Shown one piece after another: positions 1-7,948 of a DNA stretch of 27,347 nt. The translations under genes were made by a program, and so were the position numbers. The stretch spans positions 1 to 27,347 of the forward strand of contig JAUXHF010000001.1 of assembly GCA_030621685.1 (NCBI GenBank). The letters run 5' to 3'. Origin of the DNA: Spirochaetota bacterium (GTDB lineage Bacteria > Spirochaetota > UBA12135 > COTS27). The notes below the pieces were generated by a model, which searched no databases, had not been told where the DNA came from, and saw nothing but the letters and a program-made list of their open reading frames with translations. Position 1 is the first letter of the stretch. Each line of letters starts with the position of its first letter.

Positions 1-1567
1 TCGCCACATGCTCTTGCAAGAAAGCCAGTGTCTTTAGAGGCCCTTCATTATCTTCTGAACTAGACTTCAATGATTCTTCAAGAATTTTTTCTACTTTTTC
101 TATTTTACGCAATAAAAGAGCCGTAGCACGAAAAATACTATTGAAAATTCGTCTGGTGTGAAAACGCGCTAAAGAATGCTCTTCCATGAAAAGCTTTACT
201 GTTCGAGCATGCACTCGGGGATAATCTAAGATACTCACAAGTGTGCGAAGCTCGGGAAAACCAAGCGGCAGCTCCCTGATGCTCTTCAAATCTTTAAGCT
301 GTAAAATATGTTCTACTCTGCGCAGAAAAATATAATTTTTCTCAAGGAGTTCATATTCACGGCGGCGCAAAATGTTGTAACGCAACAAAGTGTCTAGGCT
401 GGTTAAGCTGCTTTTGTCATCTGGAAGATTGCTGAACCTACTGTGATGAAGCTGAAGAAACTGCAGCGAAAATTCTATATCACGGATGCCGCCCGTGCCA
501 AGTTTCACGTTACGTTCTAGCACGCTTAAATGTTTTAGCAACTGCCTAGCAGGATCTTTTTGCCGATGCTTTAAGCGAAGACTTTCTTCAATAGAGTTTT
601 TCATGTTGAAGATATTCACGAGCATATCATTTGAAGAAACGTTTTTTTGATAAACAACTTTTTTGCGAAGAAGCTCTACTTCAGCAGTTAGCCGAGCAGG
701 TCCCACGATGCACCTTCCCTTCAGCAAAGCTAAACGCTCCCAAATACTGGCCCGTGTTTCATAATAGGCTCTGCAAGCCGGAAGAGAAAGGTATAGCTCG
801 CCGCTACTTCCCTCTGGTCGAATATCCAAATCTACGAGGAAAACAGGAAAGCCGTAGTTTTTAGCATCCAGCAAGTCGATGAAGTTTCGTATTTTTCGTA
901 GTATTTTTTTATCCCGCATCGGGGTATCTTCAGCCGATATAAACATAATATCTATATCAGAGCTATAGTTTAGCTCCTGGCCGCCCAGCTTTCCCATGCC
1001 CAGTATGCAAATATTCTCGCCGGCTAAACCAGAGGCTACAAATGCTTTTTTAATGCAGATATCGGCAAAGTAGGATATTTTTGCTATTGTCTCACGAAAG
1101 CTATCCCATTTCAAATAATCGCTTAGCGACATATGTATGAACTCTTCCAGTTTAAATATCCTTAAGGCTAAAAGGTTTTCATCTTGGGAAAAAGCCAAAT
1201 CTCTCTTTTCATTTTCTGTCTGCTTAGCCAGCTTATCACAAAATTTTTCATACAACGCATCTAAACGTTGTTTAAACATCGCAGCACTTTCTTTTTTTAT
1301 TGGCAGGCATTTTTCAAGTAAGGCAGGCCGCTGCATGACCATCCAGCTAAGCGCTATGCTGTTCGAAAAAAGCAGCAACAACTGCCTCCAAAATTCAAGA
1401 CCATCTTGGCTACCATCTACATGAGGTAAAGAATCTTTATGCAGGCTTTCAAAGTAAAGAAAGTTTTTAAGCGCCCGTTCTTTATTCGGCAGTTTTTCTA
1501 GAATTTTTTCTTTACTAAAAAAATCTCGTAATGCTTTCTTCTGTATTTTTTGATAGCGCTTGTTCAT
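1..1567 (-). CDS. glnE: Glutamate-ammonia ligase adenylyltransferase GlnE, N-terminal ~522 aa; runs off the window edge (3' truncated)
   Basis: Not in the ORF track. Manual translation from ATG at 1567 stays open to base 1 and contains GlnE motifs ILGMGKLGGQELNYSSDIDIMF, VDLDIRPEGSSGEL, YYETRASIWERLALLKGR, NVKLGTGGIRDIEF and YIFLRRVEHILQ. Confidence 0.93.
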   Translation of the reverse strand, partial: MNKRYQKIQKKALRDFFSKEKILEKLPNKERALKNFLYFESLHKDSLPHVDGSQDGLEFWRQLLLLFSNSIALSWMVMQRPALLEKCLPIKKESAAMFKQRLDALYEKFCDKLAKQTENEKRDLAFSQDENLLALRIFKLEEFIHMSLSDYLKWDSFRETIAKISYFADICIKKAFVASGLAGENICILGMGKLGGQELNYSSDIDIMFISAEDTPMRDKKILRKIRNFIDLLDAKNYGFPVFLVDLDIRPEGSSGELYLSLPACRAYYETRASIWERLALLKGRCIVGPARLTAEVELLRKKVVYQKNVSSNDMLVNIFNMKNSIEESLRLKHRQKDPARQLLKHLSVLERNVKLGTGGIRDIEFSLQFLQLHHSRFSNLPDDKSSLTSLDTLLRYNILRRREYELLEKNYIFLRRVEHILQLKDLKSIRELPLGFPELRTLVSILDYPRVHARTVKLFMEEHSLARFHTRRIFNSIFRATALLLRKIEKVEKILEESLKSSSEDNEGPLKTLAFLQEHVA

Positions 1568-1618
1568 ATAAGATATTGTTTAACTATTAAAACTAGCATG
1601 GTATACTCCATACAAGAA

Positions 1619-1658
1619 TTATAATAAGATTATACTCACACTTGTAATCTTATTACAA
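1619..1658. promoter_or_regulatory. Pair of palindromic putative operator sites in the divergent glnE/maf intergenic region
   Basis: TATAAT-AAG-ATTATA (1620-1634) and TGTAAT-CTT-ATTACA (1643-1657) are each palindromic and are inverted copies of each other (13/15 identical), 8 nt apart. Confidence 0.45.
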
Positions 1659-1773
1659 ACTCTTTGTTTTACCAGCAGCTAGGTTTCCATTTTATAGGGG
1701 AAGCTTCTTTACATACCGATTTCTAATTTTACTTTAATAAAATCCTTAAGCTCTGAAATTACTTGAAATAACC

Positions 1774-2373
1774 ATGTCTAAGCCGCTTATCTTAGCAAGC
1801 CGTTCTAAACGCAGGATTGAAATTTTACAAGAGTTAAACTTAAATTTCATTTCCGTAGATAGCCAAGCCAAAGAAATAAAAGCCGATGGAAAACACTCTA
1901 TAGGCTATCTAGTAAAGACGAATGCTCGGCTGAAAGCTGAAATCGTACTCAAACGTTTTCCTGAAAACTGCATCCTTGCTGCCGATACCTTAGTAAGCTG
2001 TAACGGGAAAATTTTCGAAAAACCCTTAAGCAAAAAACATGGACTACAGATGTTTGAATGTTATTTGAAAAACCGTAGCTACGTATGGACAGCCCTCTGT
2101 TTTTACAATCCTCGTAACAAGACAACCTTGCTTAACGTAACAAAAAGCAGTATTAAGGCCTATAGCAACTTTAGCCCGGCTACACGAAAAAAACTTTTTT
2201 CTTTGGTATTTGAACCAAAGGCCTCCGGAGGCTTCAGCATTGAAGGCCTGGGGGCCTTGTTTTTAGATAATATTCAAGGATCTTTTTATAACATCTTAGG
2301 GCTTCCCGTCCATGATATGCTTACACTTATCGAAGAAAGCGGCTATTCTTTCTTTTCCTTTTTGAGAAAATAA
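1774..2373 (+). CDS. maf: Maf family nucleoside triphosphate pyrophosphatase
   Basis: ILASRSKRR, LKA, AADTLV, EKP and GSFYNILGLP match the Maf pattern. Confidence 0.9.
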   Translation: MSKPLILASRSKRRIEILQELNLNFISVDSQAKEIKADGKHSIGYLVKTNARLKAEIVLKRFPENCILAADTLVSCNGKIFEKPLSKKHGLQMFECYLKNRSYVWTALCFYNPRNKTTLLNVTKSSIKAYSNFSPATRKKLFSLVFEPKASGGFSIEGLGALFLDNIQGSFYNILGLPVHDMLTLIEESGYSFFSFLRK

Positions 2374-2391
2374 GATTCTCCATCAAAAACC

Positions 2392-3225
2392 ATGAAAAAA
2401 AAAATATCGGTAAGTGGGTTTACCATTATTAGAAATGCTGAAAAATATGACTTTCCTATAGTTGAATCTATTAACTCGCTGCTCCCTATAGTTGATGAGT
2501 ATGTTATTAACTATGGCAAAAGCAATGATAATACCCTAGGGCTAATAAAGAGTATTGGCTCTCCAAAAATTAAGATTATTCAGCGCAACTGGGATGATAG
2601 CAACAACGCTGGCGGAAAACTTTTTCGTGATGAAACAAACATCGCCCTGTCGCAGATATCTGGAGACTGGGGCTTTTATTTACAAGCAGATGAAGTGCTT
2701 CATGAAAAAGATTACGCAACTATCTTAGCCGATATAGCCAAAGCCGATGCCAGCACAACTATTGATGCCATTCGCTTCTTATACTATCACTTCAAAGGTG
2801 ATTATCAGAGCATACAGCCTTGGTACTATCAAAAAGAAATACGAGCGATTCGTAACAATAAAAAAATATTTTCTGCCTTAGATGCCGTTACCTTTCATGG
2901 CTTAGAAAAAAAACGTCCTAAGGCTTTACAGAGTAAAGCACACATTTACCATTACGGTTGGGTGAAGAAGCCCGAGAAAATGGTAGCCAAAAAAAAGCAT
3001 CAAGATTCATTGCATTGGGGGCATTCTGCCCAAGACTTACACAGGATTATAGCTCAGTTAAAAGAAGACACCATCTTCGAAGATATTGTAGCTTGCCGAG
3101 TATTTAAAAAAACTCATCCTAAGCTTATGTTGAAAAGAGTGAACAGCTTCCCGCCATTGCCAAGGCGCAATCGCTGGCTTTACTGGCAGTTATACAAAAA
3201 GTTTTTCAAATACGGCTGGGTTTAA
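2392..3225 (+). CDS. Glycosyltransferase family 2 protein
   Basis: SGFTIIRNAEKYDFPIVESINSLLP N-terminus, DxD-like LQADE, and HIYHYGWVK; 18 nt downstream of maf. Confidence 0.82.
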   Translation: MKKKISVSGFTIIRNAEKYDFPIVESINSLLPIVDEYVINYGKSNDNTLGLIKSIGSPKIKIIQRNWDDSNNAGGKLFRDETNIALSQISGDWGFYLQADEVLHEKDYATILADIAKADASTTIDAIRFLYYHFKGDYQSIQPWYYQKEIRAIRNNKKIFSALDAVTFHGLEKKRPKALQSKAHIYHYGWVKKPEKMVAKKKHQDSLHWGHSAQDLHRIIAQLKEDTIFEDIVACRVFKKTHPKLMLKRVNSFPPLPRRNRWLYWQLYKKFFKYGWV

Positions 3226-3311
3226 AGTGGCTTGCGGCTTGCGGCTCGTTAGCTAACATGTTTATTCAAAACGCCAACACCTCTAGCTAAGCCATAGCAA
3301 AAAAACATACA

Positions 3312-4040
3312 TCAAAACAAGTCTTTATACACTTTATCGATAACCGGCAAGAGTTCTCTTTTAGCTAGCCTTGCTCGGCTGGCCAATTTTTTTTGCTGAA
3401 AATACATTCTTTCTTCAGGCATCGTTTTCCGCCTCAATTTAAGAAAGCTAAGTTTCTTCGGCGCATCAGATAGGCTTTTAGAGACAAATTTCTTGGAATC
3501 AAGCGTTTGGGAAAACTGCTTAAGCGCAAAAAACGAATCATCGCTAGCCACGATGTTGCCATCACCATCATGGCTAAAGCCGCGTAATTTATGTTCTAAG
3601 AACATAACATCGCAAGGAAAAATTTCCAAAAAACGATGATAGAAAGCAGCGCTCATGCTTTCTCCGCAAGTGCATAGCGCTAGGTCTATTCGAAAACTGC
3701 TGTATTTTATCTTAGGATGTGTTTCTGGATAACTGTGTATAGCCGCATGGCTCTTATCAAGATGCAATACACTGCTAGATGCCAAAACTTGTTTTTCCAA
3801 CGGCGTATCAGCATGGCCTAGTATCAAAGTAGCACTTGCACCCAAGGGCCGATAGTTTTTTTTAGAACGTTGCAGTACTTTCGCTTTGATGTTTTTTGCT
3901 AGATCGCTAAGCAAACTTTCCATGAAGCTAGCCGAGTATTGCTTGTTATAGGCTTTAAGAAAAGTAGTCTTCTCTTCTTCCAATGGCGTATAAGCAAAGA
4001 AATAAGCATAGAGGCTTAGATGTTTAGATAGAGAATACAC
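3312..4040 (-). CDS. speD: S-adenosylmethionine decarboxylase proenzyme (E. coli-type SpeD), divergent
   Basis: YRPLGAS, self-cleavage motif LHLDK/SH, IHSYPETHP, FRIDLALCTCG (catalytic Cys) and RGFSHD align with E. coli SpeD. GTG start is directly preceded by an in-frame stop. Confidence 0.85.
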   Translation of the reverse strand: MYSLSKHLSLYAYFFAYTPLEEEKTTFLKAYNKQYSASFMESLLSDLAKNIKAKVLQRSKKNYRPLGASATLILGHADTPLEKQVLASSSVLHLDKSHAAIHSYPETHPKIKYSSFRIDLALCTCGESMSAAFYHRFLEIFPCDVMFLEHKLRGFSHDGDGNIVASDDSFFALKQFSQTLDSKKFVSKSLSDAPKKLSFLKLRRKTMPEERMYFQQKKLASRARLAKRELLPVIDKVYKDLF

Positions 4041-4220
4041 CTATAGCTACATGCCTGTTTCCTGTTTCCTGTTAGGAGTTGGCAGGTCTTTCAAATTTCA
4101 TTTCTTTGTAATACTTTTACACTTTTACTATAGGCTAAAGAACAGTTGCCTTTATTATACAGGCAATCTTTGAAATTTCAGAATTCTCTAGTTTTATTAA
4201 CCAAGAAAAGTAGCCACAAC

Positions 4221-4272
4221 CTTAGATATGCTAAATATGTGTACATCTTAGATATGCTAACTATGTATATTT
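4221..4272. repeat. Tandem direct repeat, 26-bp period, 2 copies
   Basis: cttagatatgctaaatatgtgtacat / cttagatatgctaactatgtatattt. Confidence 0.85.
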
Positions 4273-4294
4273 GTCTCTGCTTTCAATATAAATC

Positions 4295-4329
4295 AAAAAA
4301 AAACAAAAATCTAGCTTAGGAAAAGCTAG
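4295..4329 (-). terminator. Putative Rho-independent terminator of the 4338-4943 gene
   Basis: 7-bp stem CTAGCTT/AAGCTAG with a 5-nt loop (4311-4329), followed on the minus strand by ATTTTTGTTTTTTTTT. Confidence 0.5.
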
Positions 4330-4337
4330 CCTTGGTC

Positions 4338-4943
4338 TCAATCACAGAAAAACCACTCTAAGAAAAGCGTATTTTTTCTTACCTTTAACGAAAAAAGCTT
4401 ATTATTATTACTTTTTTTATAATCAAGAGTAGCTGTAATTTCACAGCCTTCTTTAACCTCAAAAGCACGATTCTCAAGCACTTTTTTAGGATCTTTCTTA
4501 TGCAAAAGCAAGGATTTAGACTTACTAATTTTTAAAAAATTTACGGCATATACGCTAGATGGCCACTCAAAGGAAACAAAGAAAATTCCTACATGCCCTT
4601 TATTGGTCTTCGGAAAAGAAATTGTGAAATAGAAATTCGAAGGATAACAGAAACGAATAGCATGCTTATCCGATAAATTCAGCTCATCAACAACAACATT
4701 TTTGTTTTCTTTAGCAGGCGTCCCTCGGCGTGTTAATACAAGCGATTTTTCTTGTTTTTCTTTTATGCCAGGGTCTTTATAGCTTGCACCTTTCTGTATT
4801 TCCCAACCAGCATCGGTCCATGCCACCTGAAAACTAGGAGCAGAATCCAGGTTTTTATCTTTTTTATGCCCCTTGCCCCCTTTAGAGGACGGAAAGAGAA
4901 CATTTTCAATACCATCCCAGGGTGTAAATGAATTTTTAGCCAT
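4338..4943 (-). CDS. Hypothetical protein, possible degenerate FHA-like beta domain
   Basis: 201-aa ORF with ATG start. Weak FHA-like pattern LVLTRR...NVVVDELNLSDKHA...FEVKEGCEI; no family recognised with confidence. Confidence 0.6.
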   Translation of the reverse strand: MAKNSFTPWDGIENVLFPSSKGGKGHKKDKNLDSAPSFQVAWTDAGWEIQKGASYKDPGIKEKQEKSLVLTRRGTPAKENKNVVVDELNLSDKHAIRFCYPSNFYFTISFPKTNKGHVGIFFVSFEWPSSVYAVNFLKISKSKSLLLHKKDPKKVLENRAFEVKEGCEITATLDYKKSNNNKLFSLKVRKNTLFLEWFFCD

Positions 4944-5257
4944 TTCTCTAAAAGGAGTTTGCTAAGATAATAGCCCTACGCCTTATGCTAAATTGAAAAG
5001 CCTTAATACTGTTATTGATAGTGAATACATGCTTTTTTTAATTATACATCGCTAAAGTTACTTAAGAAATAATTTTAAAAAAATCCTAATTTAAGCACAT
5101 CTACTTGTAGCAAAGCAAATACGCTGAAAAATAAATTTTACCTTGTTAAAAGGTTAAGTAACACTAAAAATGCACAAAACACAATAACCTTAAACTCCCT
5201 ATACAGAAAAGCATAAACCTTTCATGAAGAACTGCATTAAACAGTGGCATAATAGTA

Positions 5258-5300
5258 TTCTATTCAGAAACTTCTTTTACTGCTTTAGTAAAAAAAGTAG
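5258..5300 (-). repeat. Decayed tandem copy of the 3' end of the 69-aa ORF (source 5329-5366)
   Basis: ttctattcagaaacttcttttactgctttagtaaaaaaagtag vs ttctaattcagaaaactttacttctttaatagaagtag; about 33 of 38 source bases match with gaps, in AT-rich sequence. Confidence 0.5.
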
Positions 5301-5313
5301 CCTGATGTAAGAA

Positions 5314-5523
5314 TTAGTAAAGAATTTTTTCTAATTCAGAAAACTTTACTTCTTTAATAGAAGTAGAATCCAAAAAATATTTACTCAACATTTTCTTATT
5401 TACAACGTTATCTTCAGCCAATTTCGAAAGATATACGCCAGAAACGACGAAGTCTTCATCATCTAAGACACTGAAAAGTTTGTCAATGCGCTCTAGGCTA
5501 TTGAAATTTTGACGTTTATGCAT
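5314..5523 (-). CDS. Small hypothetical protein (69 aa) downstream of the sigma-like gene
   Basis: GGAGG Shine-Dalgarno just upstream of the ATG; same strand as, and 81 nt downstream of, the sigma-like gene. Confidence 0.7.
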   Translation of the reverse strand: MHKRQNFNSLERIDKLFSVLDDEDFVVSGVYLSKLAEDNVVNKKMLSKYFLDSTSIKEVKFSELEKILY

Positions 5524-5604
5524 GAATGGCCTCCATAGCTCAGCATATTTTTGCTTGCGAGAAATTTATATAAACTAATAAATTACTCTTTTTTTTTTAA
5601 TAAA

Positions 5605-6579
5605 TTAGTAATAGGCATTATTTTCGCTTTTTCTTTTTAGATATTTTTTATAGTAATTAATAACATTAGATATTTTATTAGGTTCTGACCGCATAATATC
5701 AGCAACCGATTTCATTGAAGGGAAGATGTTTACAGCATGATATCTATTTAAAAGGCTTTCTTTTCTATCACTTACCTTTTTTTGTTTTTCAAGAAGTTCT
5801 GCCAGATCAGCCTGATTATCTAAACTTATAATTTTGTTTTGGCGTTCAAGTCTTTGTTGGTAAATTTTGTTTAAACAAAGCTCATAATACAGTTTTGTTT
5901 TTTTCTTCTTAAAAATCTCATCTTGGAGGTTAGAAACTTCATCGTGCAGGCTGTCTTTTAGTTTTTCAGATTTGAAATCCAAATAAAGCACTAGCTTCGA
6001 AAAGTCATCATCTTCAAAAAAGTCTATGTAATAAAGCTTAATGCAGAGAAATCGGAATAAGTCGCCCTCAACTTCTTTAAACAAGTCCTTTTTTATTTTT
6101 TTTTCGTTCATATAAGATTCGTTTTCAGCAACTTTTAAAAGCACATCATCCTCATCTCTCGATACTGTTTCAATAGTGGAATCCAGTGTATAGGTGCTAA
6201 CTCGTATCTTATTCCTGCTTTTCAAACGGCGCATGTAGTTAAAAAAGTGATGCTTTAGCTTGATGGACAAATACGTAGAAAACTTGCCAAGCGCTGGGTC
6301 GTATTTGCGAACAACGCTCTCAAAACGTTCATAAATATAGATAAAAAAATCAGATTTCAAGTCTTCGTCATTTTTCCGAAAAGCAAAATGCGGGTAATTG
6401 GTAATATAGGGACGAAGCTGAATCATGATTAAATTCATTAAGCCTTCTACATCCTTACCATCTGCATGTCTTTTTTGATACTCAACAACAATAGGAACAA
6501 CGTCCTCTAGTTTCCCATAGACGTTAACCCGAAGTCCATTTTTATCATCTAATGGTTTACCTGTGTTTTTTTCAGTCAT
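5605..6579 (-). CDS. Atypical sigma70/ECF-like RNA polymerase sigma factor (region 2 plus apparently interrupted region 4)
   Basis: Region-2-like DEDLKSDFFIYIYER...KYDPALGKFSTYLSIKLKHHFFNYMRR (aa 71-118) and HTH-like SMKSVADIMRSEPNKISNVINYYKKYLKRK (aa 288-317). Confidence 0.65.
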   Translation of the reverse strand: MTEKNTGKPLDDKNGLRVNVYGKLEDVVPIVVEYQKRHADGKDVEGLMNLIMIQLRPYITNYPHFAFRKNDEDLKSDFFIYIYERFESVVRKYDPALGKFSTYLSIKLKHHFFNYMRRLKSRNKIRVSTYTLDSTIETVSRDEDDVLLKVAENESYMNEKKIKKDLFKEVEGDLFRFLCIKLYYIDFFEDDDFSKLVLYLDFKSEKLKDSLHDEVSNLQDEIFKKKKTKLYYELCLNKIYQQRLERQNKIISLDNQADLAELLEKQKKVSDRKESLLNRYHAVNIFPSMKSVADIMRSEPNKISNVINYYKKYLKRKSENNAYY

Positions 6580-6594
6580 GGTGATAAGCTTGAT

Positions 6595-7302
6595 TTATTT
6601 CAAAGATGCACCGCTCCGCGAGTAATGAGAGAAAAGCAAACTCCACAGTAAAATGGCCAAACCTGAGGAAACAAAAACATCGGCTAAATTGAAAATAGGC
6701 CAAGGATTAAACAAAGCAAGCGGCGAGTCTGCCCAATACCATTTCACAAAATCCACAACATAGCCCCTAGTAGCTCTATCAATAATATTGCCGAAGCCAC
6801 CGCTTACAATGCAGGCAACTCCCAATACATGTCTTTGTTCCTTCCAAAAAAATGTTAGCACAAAAAGAAAAACAGCACACGATTGCAAAACAACAAAAAT
6901 TATTTTAAGCATAGCCTTAGAAAAGTAATCCTCTAAGAACCTTAATGCTGAAAAACCAATATTATAATTTCGCACATACACAAAAGACCAAAAATTGGAA
7001 ATAACATGTATTTCTTTAGTAATAAAAACTTCCTTGCCAGTAGCATCATGGAATTCTATAAGCCATTGATCCTTCTCAAGAATCTCTGTACCCGTATACG
7101 GCTGAATGAGCATTGATACCATAAAATACTTCGTAGTTAGATCTGCTAAAACAAAACAAAAAACAATAGTTCCCAAAAGAAAAAACTTTTTTTTTCTTGA
7201 AAAACAAGAAAAATGAACCCATTTTTCGTTGAAGGCTACAATTTTTTTAAACAGCTGATATCTAATCGTCCTCTTTCCTTTTCTATTTTTCAAATATGTC
7301 AT
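6595..7302 (-). CDS. lspA: Lipoprotein signal peptidase II
   Basis: DLTTK, VRNYNIGFS, GGFGNIIDR, GYVVDF and FNLADV (catalytic Asp residues). ATG at 7302 preferred over TTG at 7320; long basic N-terminal extension. Confidence 0.93.
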   Translation of the reverse strand: MTYLKNRKGKRTIRYQLFKKIVAFNEKWVHFSCFSRKKKFFLLGTIVFCFVLADLTTKYFMVSMLIQPYTGTEILEKDQWLIEFHDATGKEVFITKEIHVISNFWSFVYVRNYNIGFSALRFLEDYFSKAMLKIIFVVLQSCAVFLFVLTFFWKEQRHVLGVACIVSGGFGNIIDRATRGYVVDFVKWYWADSPLALFNPWPIFNLADVFVSSGLAILLWSLLFSHYSRSGASLK

Positions 7303-7332
7303 AGTCTTACACGGAGTCAAAGCATCACGAGA

Positions 7333-7391
7333 AAACTAAAACTTACAAAAATAAATTTCAAAACTAACACTTACAAAAAATAAATTTCAAA
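7333..7391. repeat. Tandem direct repeat, ~29-bp period, 2 copies, upstream of lspA
   Basis: aaactaaaacttacaaaaataaatttca / aaactaacacttacaaaaaataaatttca. Confidence 0.85.
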
Positions 7392-7568
7392 TGTCTAGCC
7401 CTTCTTCGTACCAAAGCTTTGATGATGGTCTTGTATTTTTTTTCATCAAAGAAACATTTAAAAGAAAATCAAAAAATTAGATATGAAAAGAGCAACTCAT
7501 GGTAGAAGCAGCTGCCCTTAAATAACCTTAATAATTTCAAAATTTAGTCAAAAAATCCAACTATCTCC

Positions 7569-7814
7569 TTACTTTTCATCCCTTGAGTTTCTTTTTTTGA
7601 ATTTTTTCTCTTGATAATAAAGGCAATCCATGGCAGATTCTTTACGAACATGATAGATAGGCAGATTACGAGTCTTCATCTGAAAAGCTCGGCAAGCATA
7701 TCGATAGGGTTCTTGCCATGTTACAGAAAAATGAACACAGCGTCTACAATCAACAGGCCTAGCTACTTTATCTTTAGATTCTTCGCTACTCTTTGAAATT
7801 CTTGAAAATTCCAT
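7569..7814 (-). CDS. Small Cys-rich protein (CxxC-x14-C-x22-C), putative Zn or Fe-S binding
   Basis: DCRRCVHFSVTW...YACRAF...LP...V...S..DCLYY resembles a conserved small-protein family I recall from spirochaetes and clostridia; function not established. Confidence 0.72.
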   Translation of the reverse strand: MEFSRISKSSEESKDKVARPVDCRRCVHFSVTWQEPYRYACRAFQMKTRNLPIYHVRKESAMDCLYYQEKKFKKRNSRDEK

Positions 7815-7821
7815 ACTTTAT

Positions 7822-7848
7822 TTTTCAGGCTTTTCAGGCTTTTCAGGC
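7822..7848. repeat. 9-bp tandem repeat (TTTTCAGGC) x3
   Basis: Three perfect copies ending 8 nt upstream of the start codon at 7814. Confidence 0.9.
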
Positions 7849-7885
7849 TATCCGGTAATAAAACATTATTAATTTATTAGTTATT

Positions 7886-7948
7886 TTACTCCTTAAAAAG
7901 AAAAGCAAAAACAAAAACAGCTGCCAAAAAAATGGTAACTGTATTCAT
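7886..7948 (-). CDS. Candidate 20-aa hydrophobic microprotein MNTVTIFLAAVFVFAFLFKE
   Basis: Its ATG overlaps the MscS-family stop codon as ATGA; single hydrophobic stretch. May be a chance product of T-rich DNA. Confidence 0.25.
   Translation of the reverse strand: MNTVTIFLAAVFVFAFLFKE

Noticed and set aside
631-1424. ORF-track entries 631-864 and 1137-1424 (+)
   Set aside because: Antisense shadows of glnE with no recognisable motifs.
7569-7814. Annotation as uracil-DNA glycosylase
   Set aside because: 81 aa is far too short and no UDG motifs are present.
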